From Chiloscyllium plagiosum (taxonomy: Eukaryota), in assembly GCF_004010195.1 (NCBI RefSeq), contig NC_057719.1, positions 66,237,049 through 66,271,878 on the forward strand: a DNA stretch of 34,830 bases, read 5' to 3'. The position numbers were made by a program, and so were the translations under genes. The notes under the pieces are model-generated. The model was not told the origin of the DNA. It made no database searches and saw only the letters and a program-made list of their open reading frames with translations. Shown piece after piece: positions 1 through 12,449 of the stretch (positions are counted from its first letter, which is position 1; each line of letters begins with the position of its first letter).

Positions 1-52
1 AACAATATCATCAATACAAATACTCAAGAATCATCTTCAGTCAGTTAAATAC

Positions 53-174
53 CTGATAAACTGATTAAATAAGTTGGTTGTTTGGCGTATAATTCGAGCT
101 GCCCGAGATTCTTCACTTTGACAACGTTGCAAAATGATACCATCGTCCATGTGTCCTTCTTGATGTAATATGGC
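53..174 (-). CDS. RYR3: RyR exon: [40 protein letters not shown](R/S)
   Basis: tacttccag|GCC...ATCAG|gtattt; 122 nt, phase 0-2; LHQEGHMDD motif. Confidence 0.97.
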
Positions 175-734
175 CTGGAAGTATGAAACTGTGCTCTCAG
201 TACAGATATTTTTCCAACAGTTTTTCACATTCACAAATATAAAAACATTCAAAACTAAAATCACTTTAAACATGAATTTGCTTTCATTTTGTTTTTGGAG
301 ATATTATGGTCTTTTTCAGGTAAGGAACATTTTTTTCCCCTCAACATGCTGATCCATGCATGGGAATAATTCTATTGGTGTCGACAGCTCTCTGGGACCT
401 CAGTCAGCCCATTCTTACTTGCGAAACCAGAGGGAGACAATATGAAATTGATATTTCAATCAACCCTTCCACAGCACAAACAAACCAATTTTCATTTCCA
501 CTCTTTTCAATGGTGACTGTGACAGGGATACATTCGAAGATGCATTACATTTCTCTGTTCTTGCGTAGATCTCACATTATCCCAAAGGTTACCTCCTAAC
601 AATCATCCTTAACACTTCCTTCTTTGCCATATGTTCCCAAGTTTTTTATGTGATGGACAACCTTTGTGTTAATAGAGTGAAATCCTTTGTTTCTCACAAA
701 GATCATGCGAATACATAGAGTGTCCTATCATAAA

Positions 735-1931
735 ACTAGATGGAAAGGCAAGAAGCGAGAATAACACTAAAAGTCCGCAGAAGGATACAGACAGGTTAAA
801 GGATTGGGCAAAAACTTGACAGATAGAATATAATGTGGGAAATTATGATATTATGCACTTTGGCAGAAAGAATAAAGGTGCTGAACAGAACGACTGCAGA
901 AAGTTACAATACAGAGGGATTTGGGACTCCATGTGCATGAATCACAAGCTAGCATCCAAGTTCAGTTGATATTAGAGAAACCAAATGGACTATCAGCCAT
1001 TGTTTCAAAGGAAACAAAACGTAAATGTAGTGAGATTTTGCTATAACTATACAAGGCAATGGTCAGACCACAGCTGCAATACTGTGAACAGTTTTAGGTA
1101 AGATTACATTACAGTGTGGAAACAGGCCCTTCGGCCCAACAAGTCCACACCGACCCACCGAAGCGTAACCCACCCATACCCCTACATTTACCCCTTACCT
1201 AACACTACGGGCAATTTAGCATGGCCAATTGACCTTACCTGCACATCTTTGGACTGTGGGAGGAAACCGGAGCACCCGGAGGAAACCCACGCAGACACAG
1301 GGAGAACGTGCAAACTCCACACAGTTAGTCGCCTGAGGCGAGAATTGAACCCGGGTCTCTGGCGCTGTGAGGCAGCAGTGCTAACCACTGTGCCACCGTG
1401 CCGCCCCAATTGTGGGCCAATTATCTAAAGAAAGCTATATTGTCATTGGAGGTAGTCCAAGGAAGTTTCACTAGGCTGATATCAGGTATGGAAGGACTGT
1501 CTTATGCGAAAAGGTGAGTGGATTGGGGCTTGTACTCGCTAGAGTTTGAAGAATGAGATGTGACCTTGTTGAAACATACAAGATTCCTTCGGGGAATTGA
1601 CAGGATAGATGCAGAGATGTTTCCCCGTGTGGGAGAATTTAAGACCAGAGAGCATAATTTCAGCATAACGGGGTCACATTCCCAAGACAGAGATGAGAAG
1701 GAATTTATTTTCTCGGACGGCTGTAATCTGTGGAATCTTTACTACTGAAGGCAGTTGAGGCTGGGTCATTAAATATGTTCAAGGCCAGAACAGACAGATT
1801 TTTATTCAGAAGGGAATCAAGTGTCATGGGAAAAATGCAGGAAAATGGAGGCAAGGATGGTCAGATCAGCCATGATTTCCTTGAATGACTGAGAAGGTTT
1901 GGTGGGCTGAATGGCCTACTTCTGTTCCTAT
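735..1931 (+). mobile_element. Degenerate CR1-type LINE 3' fragment, interrupted by a SINE
   Basis: Decayed RT C-terminal motifs (LVRPxLxYCxQF-like ggtcagaccacagctgcaatactgtgaacagttt; ttgtactcgctagagtttgaagaatgag) and a CR1 3' end (gggctgaatggcctacttctgttcctat). Confidence 0.8.
1101..1407 (-). mobile_element. tRNA-derived SINE (HE1/V-SINE-like), near full length
   Basis: On minus: A box TGGCACAGTGG, B box GGTTCAATTC, central ctgtgtggagtttgcacgttctcc domain, CR1-like tail gggccgaagggcctgtttcc. Four copies in the window. Confidence 0.9.
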
Positions 1932-2386
1932 GGCAAAAGTGAGGACTGCAGATTAGATTAGATTACTTACAGTGTGGAAACAGGCCCTTCAGCCCAACAA
2001 GTCCACACCGACCCTCCGAAGAGCAACCCATCCAGACCCATTCCCCTACATTAACCCCTTCACCTAACACTAAGGGCAATTTAGCATGGCCAATTCACCT
2101 AATCTGCACATTTTTGGACCGTGGGAGGAAACCCACGCAGACACAGGGAGAATGTGCAAACTCACACAGACAGTTGCCTGAGGCAGGAATTGAACCCGGG
2201 TCTCTGGCGCTGTGAGGCAGCAGTGCTAACCACTGTGCCACCCTAATAAGTGGGACTTGAACCCAGATCTCCTGGCTCAAAGGTATGGATTAGAGTCAAG
2301 AGTGTGGTGCTGGAAAAGCACAGCAGGCCAGGCAGCATCCGACAACCAGGAGAATCGACATTTCGGGCAAAAGCTCTTCATCAGCC
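1932..2386 (-). mobile_element. Short Penelope-derived element with degenerate hammerhead motif (core 2357-2384), split by a SINE; 13-bp TSD
   Basis: Direct repeat cttctgttcctat at 1919-1931 and 2387-2399; both halves match the uninterrupted copy at 22999-23129. Confidence 0.8.
1953..2243 (-). mobile_element. tRNA-derived SINE (HE1/V-SINE-like)
   Basis: High similarity to 1101-1407; (taatc)n-type tail. Confidence 0.9.
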
Positions 2387-3363
2387 CTTCTGTTCCTATA
2401 TCTTTCATCTTTGGCCATTTATGTCTTATCAATGATGGTATGGACCTTGGTGAAGCAAGCTGCAACCCTCTCTTCCTTCTATTATGTACCCATGGCAAAT
2501 GGCGAGATTGTTTACCCTGATAAAAAAAGAATTAGTCTCTTCCCAGATAGGTTTATGAAATGTATATTACTAATGTTGTTGATAGGTTCTGTTGAGTACT
2601 TGGACTGAATGATGTGTATAAAAAGTTCAAACTTATGATAAATTGACAACCAGTGCAAATCTCTATTGAAATCTGAAGTCCAACTGACGTCTAAGACAGA
2701 ATACATCTCTGTTACTGATATGCTCCAGGACTTTATCTCATAAACTAGACTGTTAATTGGCAGCAGTATTCTGAGAAGGTTACATTTTTGGGTATGTCTA
2801 TAAACCATAGGCCTAGAGTCAACATTCAAACAATTCTGGGAAGTATATTGTGTGTCTGGCTTAATGTTCAACTCCCAACCAAAGGCATTACCCAATACTC
2901 ATTCGTTTGCACTTTGCAATGGGTCAACACATTCATCAATGCAGACTAGTCAATGCAAGACTTCAAATGTAATTGGCTGAATGCAGTGTGCACTGAGACA
3001 TGTTGGGCTGCTATGTAAACACAAATTCATGCTTAAAAATTGAACACCATTCCAAAAAAGGTGTGCCGCTGGCTGCAGTCATGGCTTTGGGAGCTTCAAG
3101 CAATCTATCTCTGATTCAATCTGACCTGACTTCAGCTCCTTCTTTCAACATTCTTCCCTCCTTGATAAAAACACAAAAAACAGCAAGCCACATTTTCCAT
3201 ACTTTGATAACGGCAGCTAAAAATCTTTCAGCTAAAATTATTGGCACTAAAGTTTTGAAAAGTAAGCAGATAGAAAAAAAAGCACTAAAAATAACATCTG
3301 GTACACAGCTGAAGAAAAGGTGCCAATTTCTGTTCTTCTTAATAGGCAACTGGTCTGCTTTTG

Positions 3364-3680
3364 CAGAATCACAGAATTATTATGGAGCAGAAAGAGGCCA
3401 TTCGGCCCACTGTTTCCGCACTGACTCTGAGTAATGCATCTGGTGCCATTCTCCCACTTTGTCTCCTAACCCTGCACATTCTTCCTTTACAGATGAAATT
3501 CCCTTTTGAATGCTCCAATTGAGCTTTCTGTCATCATACTCTCAGGAAGTGCCTTCCAGAACATTACCGCTTCCTGGTTGAAAATGTTTTACCTCATAAT
3601 GCTTATGGTTCTTTTACTAAATACTTTAAATCAGTACCTTCTCATTCTCTATTACAGGAGTGGAAACAGTTTCTCCTCAT
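3364..3680 (-). mobile_element. Old CR1 LINE 3' fragment
   Basis: Reverse complement of a CR1 3' end (agaggccattcggccc) plus decayed 3' ORF2 sequence; boundaries approximate. Confidence 0.6.
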
Positions 3681-4050
3681 CATGATTATAAATAATTGTC
3701 AAATGCAGACTTTCTAACAACCAAGAACATGACTATTCCTACGGTCTATTTACCCTGGGCTCAGCATACAGCACAATTCGATTCAGAATTCCAAATGTAC
3801 CGCACAAGAAGTTGCTTTATAGTACAGAGTTTTAAATGTTAAAGCAGAGTTCTTGAAAAATTAGTTTAGACTTCAATCACTAGAAAGTTCAGCACTATAT
3901 AGGCAACAATGATAGATTCACTGCTCTGTCCTGAAAGCCCAGTGGCTGCTTGTCTCTCGCACCATGGAAAAGAAAGCAAACATCCTTGAATCAACAACTG
4001 GTACTTTGCACTATGCTAACCTTATTTATTGTTTTAACTTAAATACCCAC

Positions 4051-4215
4051 CTTCCGTTTCAAAGGTCCTAACCGTGCTGATTTGGCATCTGGAGCCCGAT
4101 AAGTCAGCCAGAGGCCACTTGCAACATGCTGAAAGATGCAAATCGAATCACCATACTTGACTTCAGGAACACCCATTCCTTCCGTATCTCGCTTTGGTTG
4201 TGAATCGAGTTTGTC
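4051..4215 (-). CDS. RYR3: RyR exon: [55 protein letters not shown]
   Basis: ctcaaag|GAC...AAG|gtgggt; 165 nt, phase 0-0. The 5' boundary could extend to 4227 (see findings). Confidence 0.95.
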
Positions 4216-4347
4216 CTTTGAGATTTCCAAAAACAAAAATCAACGAAGAAACATTTAGTGCCATTACATTACGTTTTATCAATAACATGGTAATACATTT
4301 TATTTATTGCCATTATATCCACTGTGTCACAAAGGTAAGCAACTCAG

Positions 4348-4662
4348 AGCACAGTGGCTCAGTGGTCAGCACAGCACCAGGGACCCGAATTCGATTCTAC
4401 CCTTGGGCAACTGTCTGTGTGGTGTTTTCACATTCTCCTCACGTCAGTGTGGGTTTGCTTCGGTTTCCTTCCACAGTCCAAAGATGTGCAGGTTAGGTGA
4501 ATTGACTTCGTTAAATAGCATTCAGTGATGTGTAGGTTAGGTGCATTAGTCAGGGCAAATGTAAAGTAATAGGTTAGGGGAATAGGTCAGGGTGGGATAC
4601 TCTTCAGAGGGTCGGTATAGACTTGTTGGGCTGAAGGGCCTATTTCCACACTGCAGGGATTC
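4348..4662 (+). mobile_element. tRNA-derived SINE (HE1/V-SINE-like), diverged
   Basis: agtggctcagtgg A box, ctgtctgtgtgg...ccacagtccaaagatgtgcagg core, gttgggctgaagggcct tail. Confidence 0.88.
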
Positions 4663-5039
4663 CATACAGGTATTCACCTTGCTTTCCTAGTTCTGCTCAT
4701 AACTGCTTGTTCGAACCAGACCTGAGAATTACATAGGAAGTAGAAATGGTTCCTTCTGCTGTATTTTCAGAACTTCTGGTCAAATATCTCTGTTTATTGG
4801 GCATTAGGAATATTAGAGTGATTGTAGCACTATTCACCCAACAGAAAGTGTATGGATGGACATGTAAAATTGCTGTAATGACATTACTGCCAGAAAGTTA
4901 GCTGGCTTCATTAATTTGCATGTTTTACCAAGGCAACTGAACAGACAGCTGAACAATTCACCACTGGTCCTTATTGATGTATACGGGTGAGGGCCCAATG
5001 GCATCTTGAAGTCACAAATCTAGCCTGAGCTGGAAACCT

Positions 5040-5900
5040 CTTTGCATTTCCTTCTGAAGACAATCAAGATGTTAAGAAGCATGTTTGACGATATGATACC
5101 AGAGTATCAAGTATAGTTTTGAGCATTTTACTGAAAGGCAGCATGTATCAATGGATGAAAGAATATCAGGGATATGCAGGAATGTTGAGTTGAGGTTAAA
5201 ATCAGATCAGTCATGATCTTGTCGAATGGCAGAGCAGGCCAGAAGGGCTGAGGGGCCAACTCACATTCCTTGTTCATATGCTGTTGTGTTGAAAACACTT
5301 AAGAGAAGGTTTACCAGCTGGTTCTTAGGATGAGGGGTTGTCTTAAGAAGAAGGCGTGAGCAGGTTTGGCTTATACTCATTGGAGTTTCGAAGAATGAGA
5401 AGTGATCATATCCAAGAATATAAGATTTATGGGGGCTTAACAAGGTGGGTGCGTAGATAACATATCTGCTGGTGGGATAATACCGAAGGTGGGATACACT
5501 TTAAGAATATTGGCTCTTCCATTTCAGGTGATGAGAAGGATTTCCTTCTCTCAGAAGGCCAGCAGTCTGTAGCATTCTCTTCCCTCGTGAACAGTGCAGA
5601 CTGGGTGACTGAACGTATTCCAGGCTGATTAATTTTTGATTTACAAGGGAGTGAGGGGTTCCAGCAGACAGAAAATTGGAGTTAAGGCCACTTTTGAACT
5701 TACTGAATAGGGGAGCACAGCCAGCTCGAGGGAAATAAAAAAAGGTAAAACTGGTAAATGAGGCACACTAGCTGACTCATCTTATGTACTTCAAAATGAA
5801 AGGACCAGTATGAGAGTCCACTTATTTCCAAATATTGCTGGCTTTGCCTTCTGGGCATTGGGTCATATGGCTTACTCCTGCTCCTATTTCTTATATTCTA
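5040..5900 (+). mobile_element. Cluster of old CR1 LINE 3' fragments
   Basis: agatcagtcatgatcttgtcgaatggcagagcagg...gggctga 3' UTR motif and LGLYSLEFRRMR-like ggcttatactcattggagtttcgaagaatgaga; boundaries approximate. Confidence 0.65.
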
Positions 5901-6333
5901 TGTCCCTATCATATCATGGCCTCTCCATGCTCAACATCCAGAGTTCAGACTTCCATAGCCCAGACCTTCCTCCCCTTTTTGTGATTCTTCCCGCTCTTTC
6001 CTGCATGGGCAGCCAAAGGCCTCACAACTTCTGCAAAGTTGGCAGCTGTCTCTTGCCTATTTCCTGCACACTCCAGACGGGATGTAAGCAGACCACTTTT
6101 ATTGAGGCCCAGGAATGACAATACCACCAGATTAGATTTCTGCAGGAGTGCCTCAGTTTCCAAATCATTTCAATACTCATTTCTGCAAAACGCTTTTAAA
6201 GTGAAAATCAGGAATGGTAATGAAAATAAAAAGTTGAGAACGAAATAATTAACGTATTTGCTAAGTGTATTTCATGCCTGATTACTCCATATTGTATACT
6301 TGCTCTGCTAGAACACATTAATTATTACAATAC

Positions 6334-6490
6334 CTTGGATGTTCTTAAGCAGAACGATGTTGCTTTGATGTCTGATTTGGTTTGATCCAGCAGCACCAGA
6401 CCTTGATCTTCAACTAACCCCAGATACAGACCCGATGTCAGATGTCGTAGGCGGAAAGACTGGCCCCACTTAATATGACTGCCGCTCCAA
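6334..6490 (-). CDS. RYR3: RyR exon (MIR region): [52 protein letters not shown]
   Basis: cccttgtttag|TTGG...AAG|gtattg; 157 nt, phase 2-0. Confidence 0.97.
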
Positions 6491-8041
6491 CTAAACAAGG
6501 GAAGAAAGTGCAGAAATGTTGTTGCCATTTACTATGGTTAACCAAAACCACAGAAAAAATGACATACTTTGAAGAAATGAAAAGTCTTCTGCAACAAAAT
6601 AATGCTTCAGTTCTTGCTATTTTCTAAATGATGAAGTACCAGGAGCTGTCTGGGAGTATATATACAGGAATTAAGCAGAGACTGAGAGCACTGGCAGAAA
6701 TGCCAATGGAATGATGACCAATATTTCAAAGGAGCTGGCAGACAAAAGTGATAAAGTGATACTTTTGGTTGTACAGGACTTTAGAATGACCCCATCAGGG
6801 ATACTCCATCAAGCTCTGGGCACTGACCTTCAAGAAGGATAAATTAGCCATGAAATTAGTTACCAAGAGAGTTAATTTACAAGACCAGACTGTGTAATCT
6901 TGGCTTTTAGGTCTTTGAACTCAGAAAATGATCATACTGAGATCTGTAAAGGAATTCAGCAGAGTGACACAGAGAATCTATTTCCTCTGGTGGGATTTTC
7001 CAGAATCATAGGGCATGATCTTCATATTGGACCTCAGTCCATAAGGGTGAATTCAGAAATCACTTCTTCAGTTTTTCCATCGGAAAGAGGAATCAGGCAA
7101 CAAGACTGGGCCTGAGTTATGCTTCTGCCTCCCACTCCGGGCTGCCAGGGAACAAGGGTGGGTTTCCTGGCTTAAGGCCTCAGTTGGTGCCTGACTGATT
7201 CAACAGACTTAAGGTAAAAATGTCTGCCTCGAACAGGGCCCCCAACAGGCCCACCTCAGTAACTGCTTCTTTTAAGGAATTTTGATGATCCATTATAAGA
7301 ATCATCAACAGATTTGAACCTAGGCTGTTGTTACTTCAAAATGCAGATATCACCCATTTCAGAGAGAACCCATCAAATTCTATGCATCCCTAAAATTTGG
7401 CCTTTACATTGAGTCATTCCTCATGAGAGGTCTTGTCAAGACCTCCCTTCCCCTTAGCTTGTTGCCATTACCATGCTTAAGTCTCTAAAAATCCTCAAAT
7501 TTGTGTGTTAAGTTGGTTTGGGATGTTATCTGATCCCTGTGGCCAATACCAACTTTTCCCACTTGACAGGGTTGCAATGAGTTTCTAAGACTCACCCACC
7601 TCACTGAAACTTCTTCAAGGTCTGCCTTTAGGCCTTTGTGGAAGGGTAAGCAGCTTCCTACCTCCACACTCTGAAAAGTATTGTCAGTGAAAATTGAGAC
7701 AGAGGCCATTTCCTCCCTTTTGTCTTATTTGAGAATGCAAAATCTGACCCCTTCAATTCTGAATAGCAATGTGTTCCTTGTATTGGTCTCACCATTCCAT
7801 TGTGCTCATAGAACCTCAAAACACCGACAGTATATGCCAAAAACTCTCTCACAATATTCATATTAACATCTGACCCACTATCAACAGAATGAATTCCTGG
7901 AACTGCTGTGTAAAGCCATTTAAAAAGCTACATAATGAGATTCCCTGGCAGCATTTCAAGACATCTTTCAAAACTGACATCTCAATGCTAAACACAATTT
8001 ATTTTAACAGTCCTCAAAAAGCTTGAAGTCTTCTGTTTTAC

Positions 8042-8116
8042 CTTATCCGAAGAGGTTCCATACGCCATAATGATCTAGCATAGGTCCCTGCTTCTCCACT
8101 TTCATAGTTAACTGTT
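8042..8116 (-). CDS. RYR3: RyR exon: TVNYESGEAGTYARSLWRMEPLRI(S)
   Basis: ctgtttgcag|AACA...ATAAG|gtaaaa; 75 nt, phase 2-2; ARSLWRxEPLRI motif. Confidence 0.96.
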
Positions 8117-11009
8117 CTGCAAACAGATTACAAATGACCATAGTATTTAAACATCCAAATGATTCAGACATTTTCTTGTTATTATAAAAGCTAATTAGGT
8201 AATTAATATCTGTCAAGGTCCCAAGCCAATACTTATCAAGATTGAATAGTAGCTTTTGTATTTCAGCCTAGCTAGCTATATTAATCAATGATAATCACTT
8301 CTTGAAAGTCCTTTCAATGAATGACTAACTCAATTCAATGGGATAATATGAACTTATGTTAGATTTCCCTGAATGATGCATAATAATCAGAGCTGAATCA
8401 CGACAGGGCACACACTGGGAAGAATTTTTCCAATGAAAATTGAATGGTAAAATAGTTAAAATTTACCAGTTTAAACATTATAATTGGGCCATAAGTTTTT
8501 TTAAATTTTTTTTTAATTTCATTTGTTTCCAGCCTGAACAAGGACAATTTCTGTTGTTTTCCGATTTGATGAAAACCTAAAGGAAGAGGATCAGACGCAG
8601 AAGAGGTCATTCAATCTGGAATCCTGGCTCCCAGTGGGAATGTTCAGTCTCCATTGCTCTGGACTGCACCTGCCATACCCACATTTCCCTCTAGTCCTTC
8701 CTGTGAGATCTCCAGAACCCATGTCCCTGCACCAACCACAGTGAGCAGAGACTACCAGCACTGTGGCCTCATTCAGCTACAGATTGGTAAGCAATCAGCT
8801 GACTCTTGCAATAAAATCTGTTGGAATTTCAAATCATTCCCACCTAGTGGAAGCTGTGAGCTGGTTTTCGTGGTGCGCTACATTGTAGCAAACAATGGCA
8901 TATTAAATTTTAAATAAATCAAGCAAAAAACAATGGAATTCATGGAAACATTACACTTCACATCTTTCATTCTAATGCACTGCCAGTTCATGAACTGTAA
9001 AGTGTTGCTATAACATGCATTACCTTTAAACAAACAAACCATTTAAATTATGGCATTTATAAAATAATACACTATCAATATATCTCAAAAAAGTAAAGTA
9101 AAATGGCACTTCAACAACTTATTCTGGAAACTGGACTTTGTGTATATTCAGAAATTTGAATTGAATTTCCCTAATTTATATTAATGATGTACATTTACAT
9201 TATTATGTAATTAAATATATTGTCTTTTTTGCCACACATTTATTTATGTATTGAAATCAAAAGGGGTAGGGGCTACATTTATGCTTATGATTCTCTACAC
9301 AGAAATATTTTCAATTCCAGGCAACCACTTTCCAAACTACATAAAAGCAAATATTTGAATCCAAGGAGCTATGGGCAGCTTTCCTAAACATCCCAACCAC
9401 CAGATGATAGAAGCTCCACTGACATGTGACTTATTGCTTCAGTGGTAGGGACAAACAACCTAACGCTGGGATTTAACATAATTGCAGGAGAGGTCACATA
9501 TCCAATCCTGCCAATGGGAAGTCCGATTCCATTAAGTCAGTGGGGTGAATGAACTGATGTGGTGAACTTGGATAATTAGGCTTGTTATTGAGCTACTTCA
9601 GGGTCATTTATTATTCCAGGGATTTACGGTGCAGTGGTAGTGTCCCTGCCTCTGAGCTAATAGATCAAGTTCAAGTCCAAGTCCCACCTGTTCCTGGGTT
9701 GTGCAATAACATCTCTGCCCACGTTGATTAGAAAATATCCATACTTGGGATTTAATTGTGGCTAAGAGGATTCTCTCCAGTTCTCGAGTTTCCCGAAAAA
9801 CCACCCAGCTTGCCAGCAGCCTTTCAGAGGGATCTCTTTCTCAAAAAGGAATTTAGTGTCCAAGTGAGGATCCATCAATGGTGAGGGGGCACTGACAGCC
9901 ATCACCCTGCTCTTCTTTCTGACGCCCCTTCACAGTGACTCCCTCACTATAACCTGCTAACCTACCCAATTCAAAGGCATCACTGTATTACTGGCAGTGG
10001 GAACGGCTCACGGTGGTAACTGGCAATGGAGAGCTGCTAGCCTCTAGTTAGTTGCCAGTTCTTGCAGACATGATCATAAACCCCAGGGATGACCCAACAC
10101 TGACCAATTCAATAAATGACAGACAATTAACTTGGAACTTCCCATTGGAAACAACATGAATTTCCCACCAATTCTCCAACCCCGTGATTGTGATCTGCAC
10201 AGGGAACATTCAATCTAATCCTATGCACCTAATGGGCACATTATCTCATATCACCTGTTTTACACTACTAGGGAATCTTCAAATTATCCCCTTCCCAACT
10301 GTCAACTTGTTGGTTTTGACTTTTGCTTCAGTCAGTTCCTGGATATTTGTGTTTGGTGGAGGAGGCAGGGAAGATCCTGTTATGCAGCATCAAACATAAT
10401 TGTTGAGTGGTATAATTTTGTCAAAAGAAAACTGTGTCCAACATTGTTAAGATAAATGTTAATAGACGCACTGGAGTCCGTCGGAGATTTATTTTGATAT
10501 TACAAAGTTTTGAAGATTAAACTAAAGTTAACTAAACGTAGTGATAAGGAAGTGAGAAGATTTTATTTTCAGTCAAATCATAACAGAACCCTAAAACATT
10601 CCAAAGTCATGGTGCCTTGGTTTTCATAAAAATACTATGTGGCTATATTTAACAGACTCTAATCTCTAATAATTGCTGTTTTGTGAGCCATCTGTCAAAA
10701 GCCGTTACTGCTATTTTAAATTATAGATAAAGAATTTCCAATGAAGACCTAAACATGATTGCTATACATGTTAATTATACTGTATTCTCCTATATTATAA
10801 TTGCACTATCAAATTACCACCAGTAAATTTTAAACAAAGTCTGAATTGCATTCTTATATTGCAATGGTTTTGCTTTCTGCTTAGAGCACAGCCGTAGCAA
10901 GATAATGCATAGTTTCAGCTGCAAAAGCATGTAACAGTCTAGAGCATATTACCTATAAATTAATGAAGCAATTATTGAAAAGATCAGTTATGCACAATGA
11001 CAGTAGCAC

Positions 11010-11385
11010 TCTTGCCCACAGGGCATATATTGTTATTCTAGCCTGACTCCTGATGATTGAAAATAAAACCTAGGCTGTCAATCAAACATAGCACCGAGGA
11101 GACTCTCTTCTCATGTAGACATAAAGATGACCCATGACATTCTTTTTAAGGAGGCCAGAACAGCTCTCCTCAGTGACCAGGCCAACATTTATGCCTCAAT
11201 CAGCATTATAAAAAGATAGGTTCTCTGCTCTATCGTATTGCTGTTTGGGGGACCTTGTTATGTGCAAGTTGATGGCCACATTTCCCACAGCCACGACCAC
11301 ACATCAAAAGTACTTCTTTGGCTGTAAAGCACTATTAGATGCCCTGCAGTTGTGAAAGCTGCTCCATAAATCTAAGTTCTTTCTT
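11010..11385 (+). mobile_element. Ancient Deu-domain-like SINE (SacSINE/AmnSINE-like); related copies near 21640-21890 (+) and 33360-33630 (-)
   Basis: cccatgaca...ccaggccaacatttatgcctcaatcagcat core and aaaagtacttctttggctgtaaagcact...ataaat tail, recognised from memory of this family. Confidence 0.55.
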
Positions 11386-11595
11386 GCACCATTTATTTTT
11401 TCAACATCCTATTTAAATAGCATCTTCCACAACCTCAGGATGCACCAAACCACTTAAGATTCAATGTAGTATTTCTTAATTATTGTCAGCGTCTCAGTGC
11501 AGAAAAGGAAACACTGCTCATTTGCACGCCACACATACACAAAGAATGTGGTAATAAAGCAATGTGATGGTGTTTAAACCATCACACCTTTTTTT

Positions 11596-11620
11596 TGTGT
11601 GTGTGTGTGTGTTTGTGTGT
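11596..11620. repeat. (TG)n microsatellite
   Basis: tgtgtgtgtgtgtgtgtttgtgtgt read directly. Confidence 0.9.
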
Positions 11621-11958
11621 TGTCCAAGAGATACATACTGGCCATGACATTGGAGCTAACTCTGTTCGCATGTCCAAAATCCTGTCAGGTTATCTTTCAC
11701 TTTCATCTGAGAGGGTAGCCAAAGCCTACTTTTAATGTCCCAGCTAAAGACTGAACGTCGATCAGGTCAGCAGTCCCTCAATGCACTAGTGTCAACCTAT
11801 ATTTCTATGATCAAGCCCCAGAGTAGGACGTGAACCACAACCTGCTGTCTCACACTGACTCATCAGATCACAAAAACTAAATTTCTGTAAAATGAACAGA
11901 AATGGTACCAATGCAAATGCGTTTAACATCATAACGCAGAAATTTCAATGTAACTTAC

Positions 11959-12055
11959 ACATACTCCCCTTCATCTTTCTGGTCTGTAAAGGGGATGGTC
12001 AGGCACTCATCATGGCCGTGAAAAAGACGCAAAACATGTCCACCAGTTAGAAATC
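11959..12055 (-). CDS. RYR3: RyR exon: (G)[31 protein letters not shown](V)
   Basis: cttgttttcctgaag|GATTT...TATGT|gtaagt; 97 nt, phase 1-2; an alternative in-frame donor would end the exon at 11965. Confidence 0.93.
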
Positions 12056-12349
12056 CTTCAGGAAAACAAGATGGACACATGTTAGCAGAAGCAACAAATT
12101 TCTGTCTTGAGTGGATCAAACTGAGTTTATTCTTGCAAATTAGTAAGTTCTTGACAATAGGATGTCTATCATATAACTAATTTGAAAGTATGAAACCAGC
12201 ATGTATTCTCAATGTGAAATACATGATTTATAAAATTACTGCAAAAATCACAAAGTTACATAAATAGAGAGAACATAAATTATTTAAATAATATATGAGC
12301 AACACAATCAGACTTCATGTCACAAATGTGAAATAAACAAAGATCCTAC

Positions 12350-12449
12350 CTTCTGCAACACCACTGCCTGAACTTATGGGGTGTACATTCCATAGTGTCT
12401 GGATGAAGGATGCATCTGCTTGTATATTGCCATTGGAAATAGAAAGGTG
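12350..12449 (-). CDS. RYR3: RyR exon: HLSISNGNIQADASFIQTLWNVHPISSGSGVAE(G)
   Basis: ctattggcag|CAC...GAAG|gtagga; 100 nt, phase 0-1. Confidence 0.96.

Noticed and set aside
1330..1407. tRNA-like A/B-box sequences
   Set aside because: They are SINE heads continuing into SINE bodies; no complete cloverleaf is evident.
1114..1428. ORFs MWKQALRPNKS... (also 15570..15878, 1188..1409, 15554..15778, 4307..4528)
   Set aside because: Chance reading frames through copies of the same SINE, not genes.
3000..3434. 144-aa plus-strand ORF (similarly 16148..16603, 29989..30456, 34016..34477)
   Set aside because: No recognisable domain, intronic or repeat-overlapping, and antisense to RYR; no support for coding.
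11563..11586. 9-bp inverted repeat tgtgatggt/accatcaca followed by a T run (terminator-like)
   Set aside because: Eukaryotic intron beside a microsatellite; a hairpin this short is expected by chance or local slippage.
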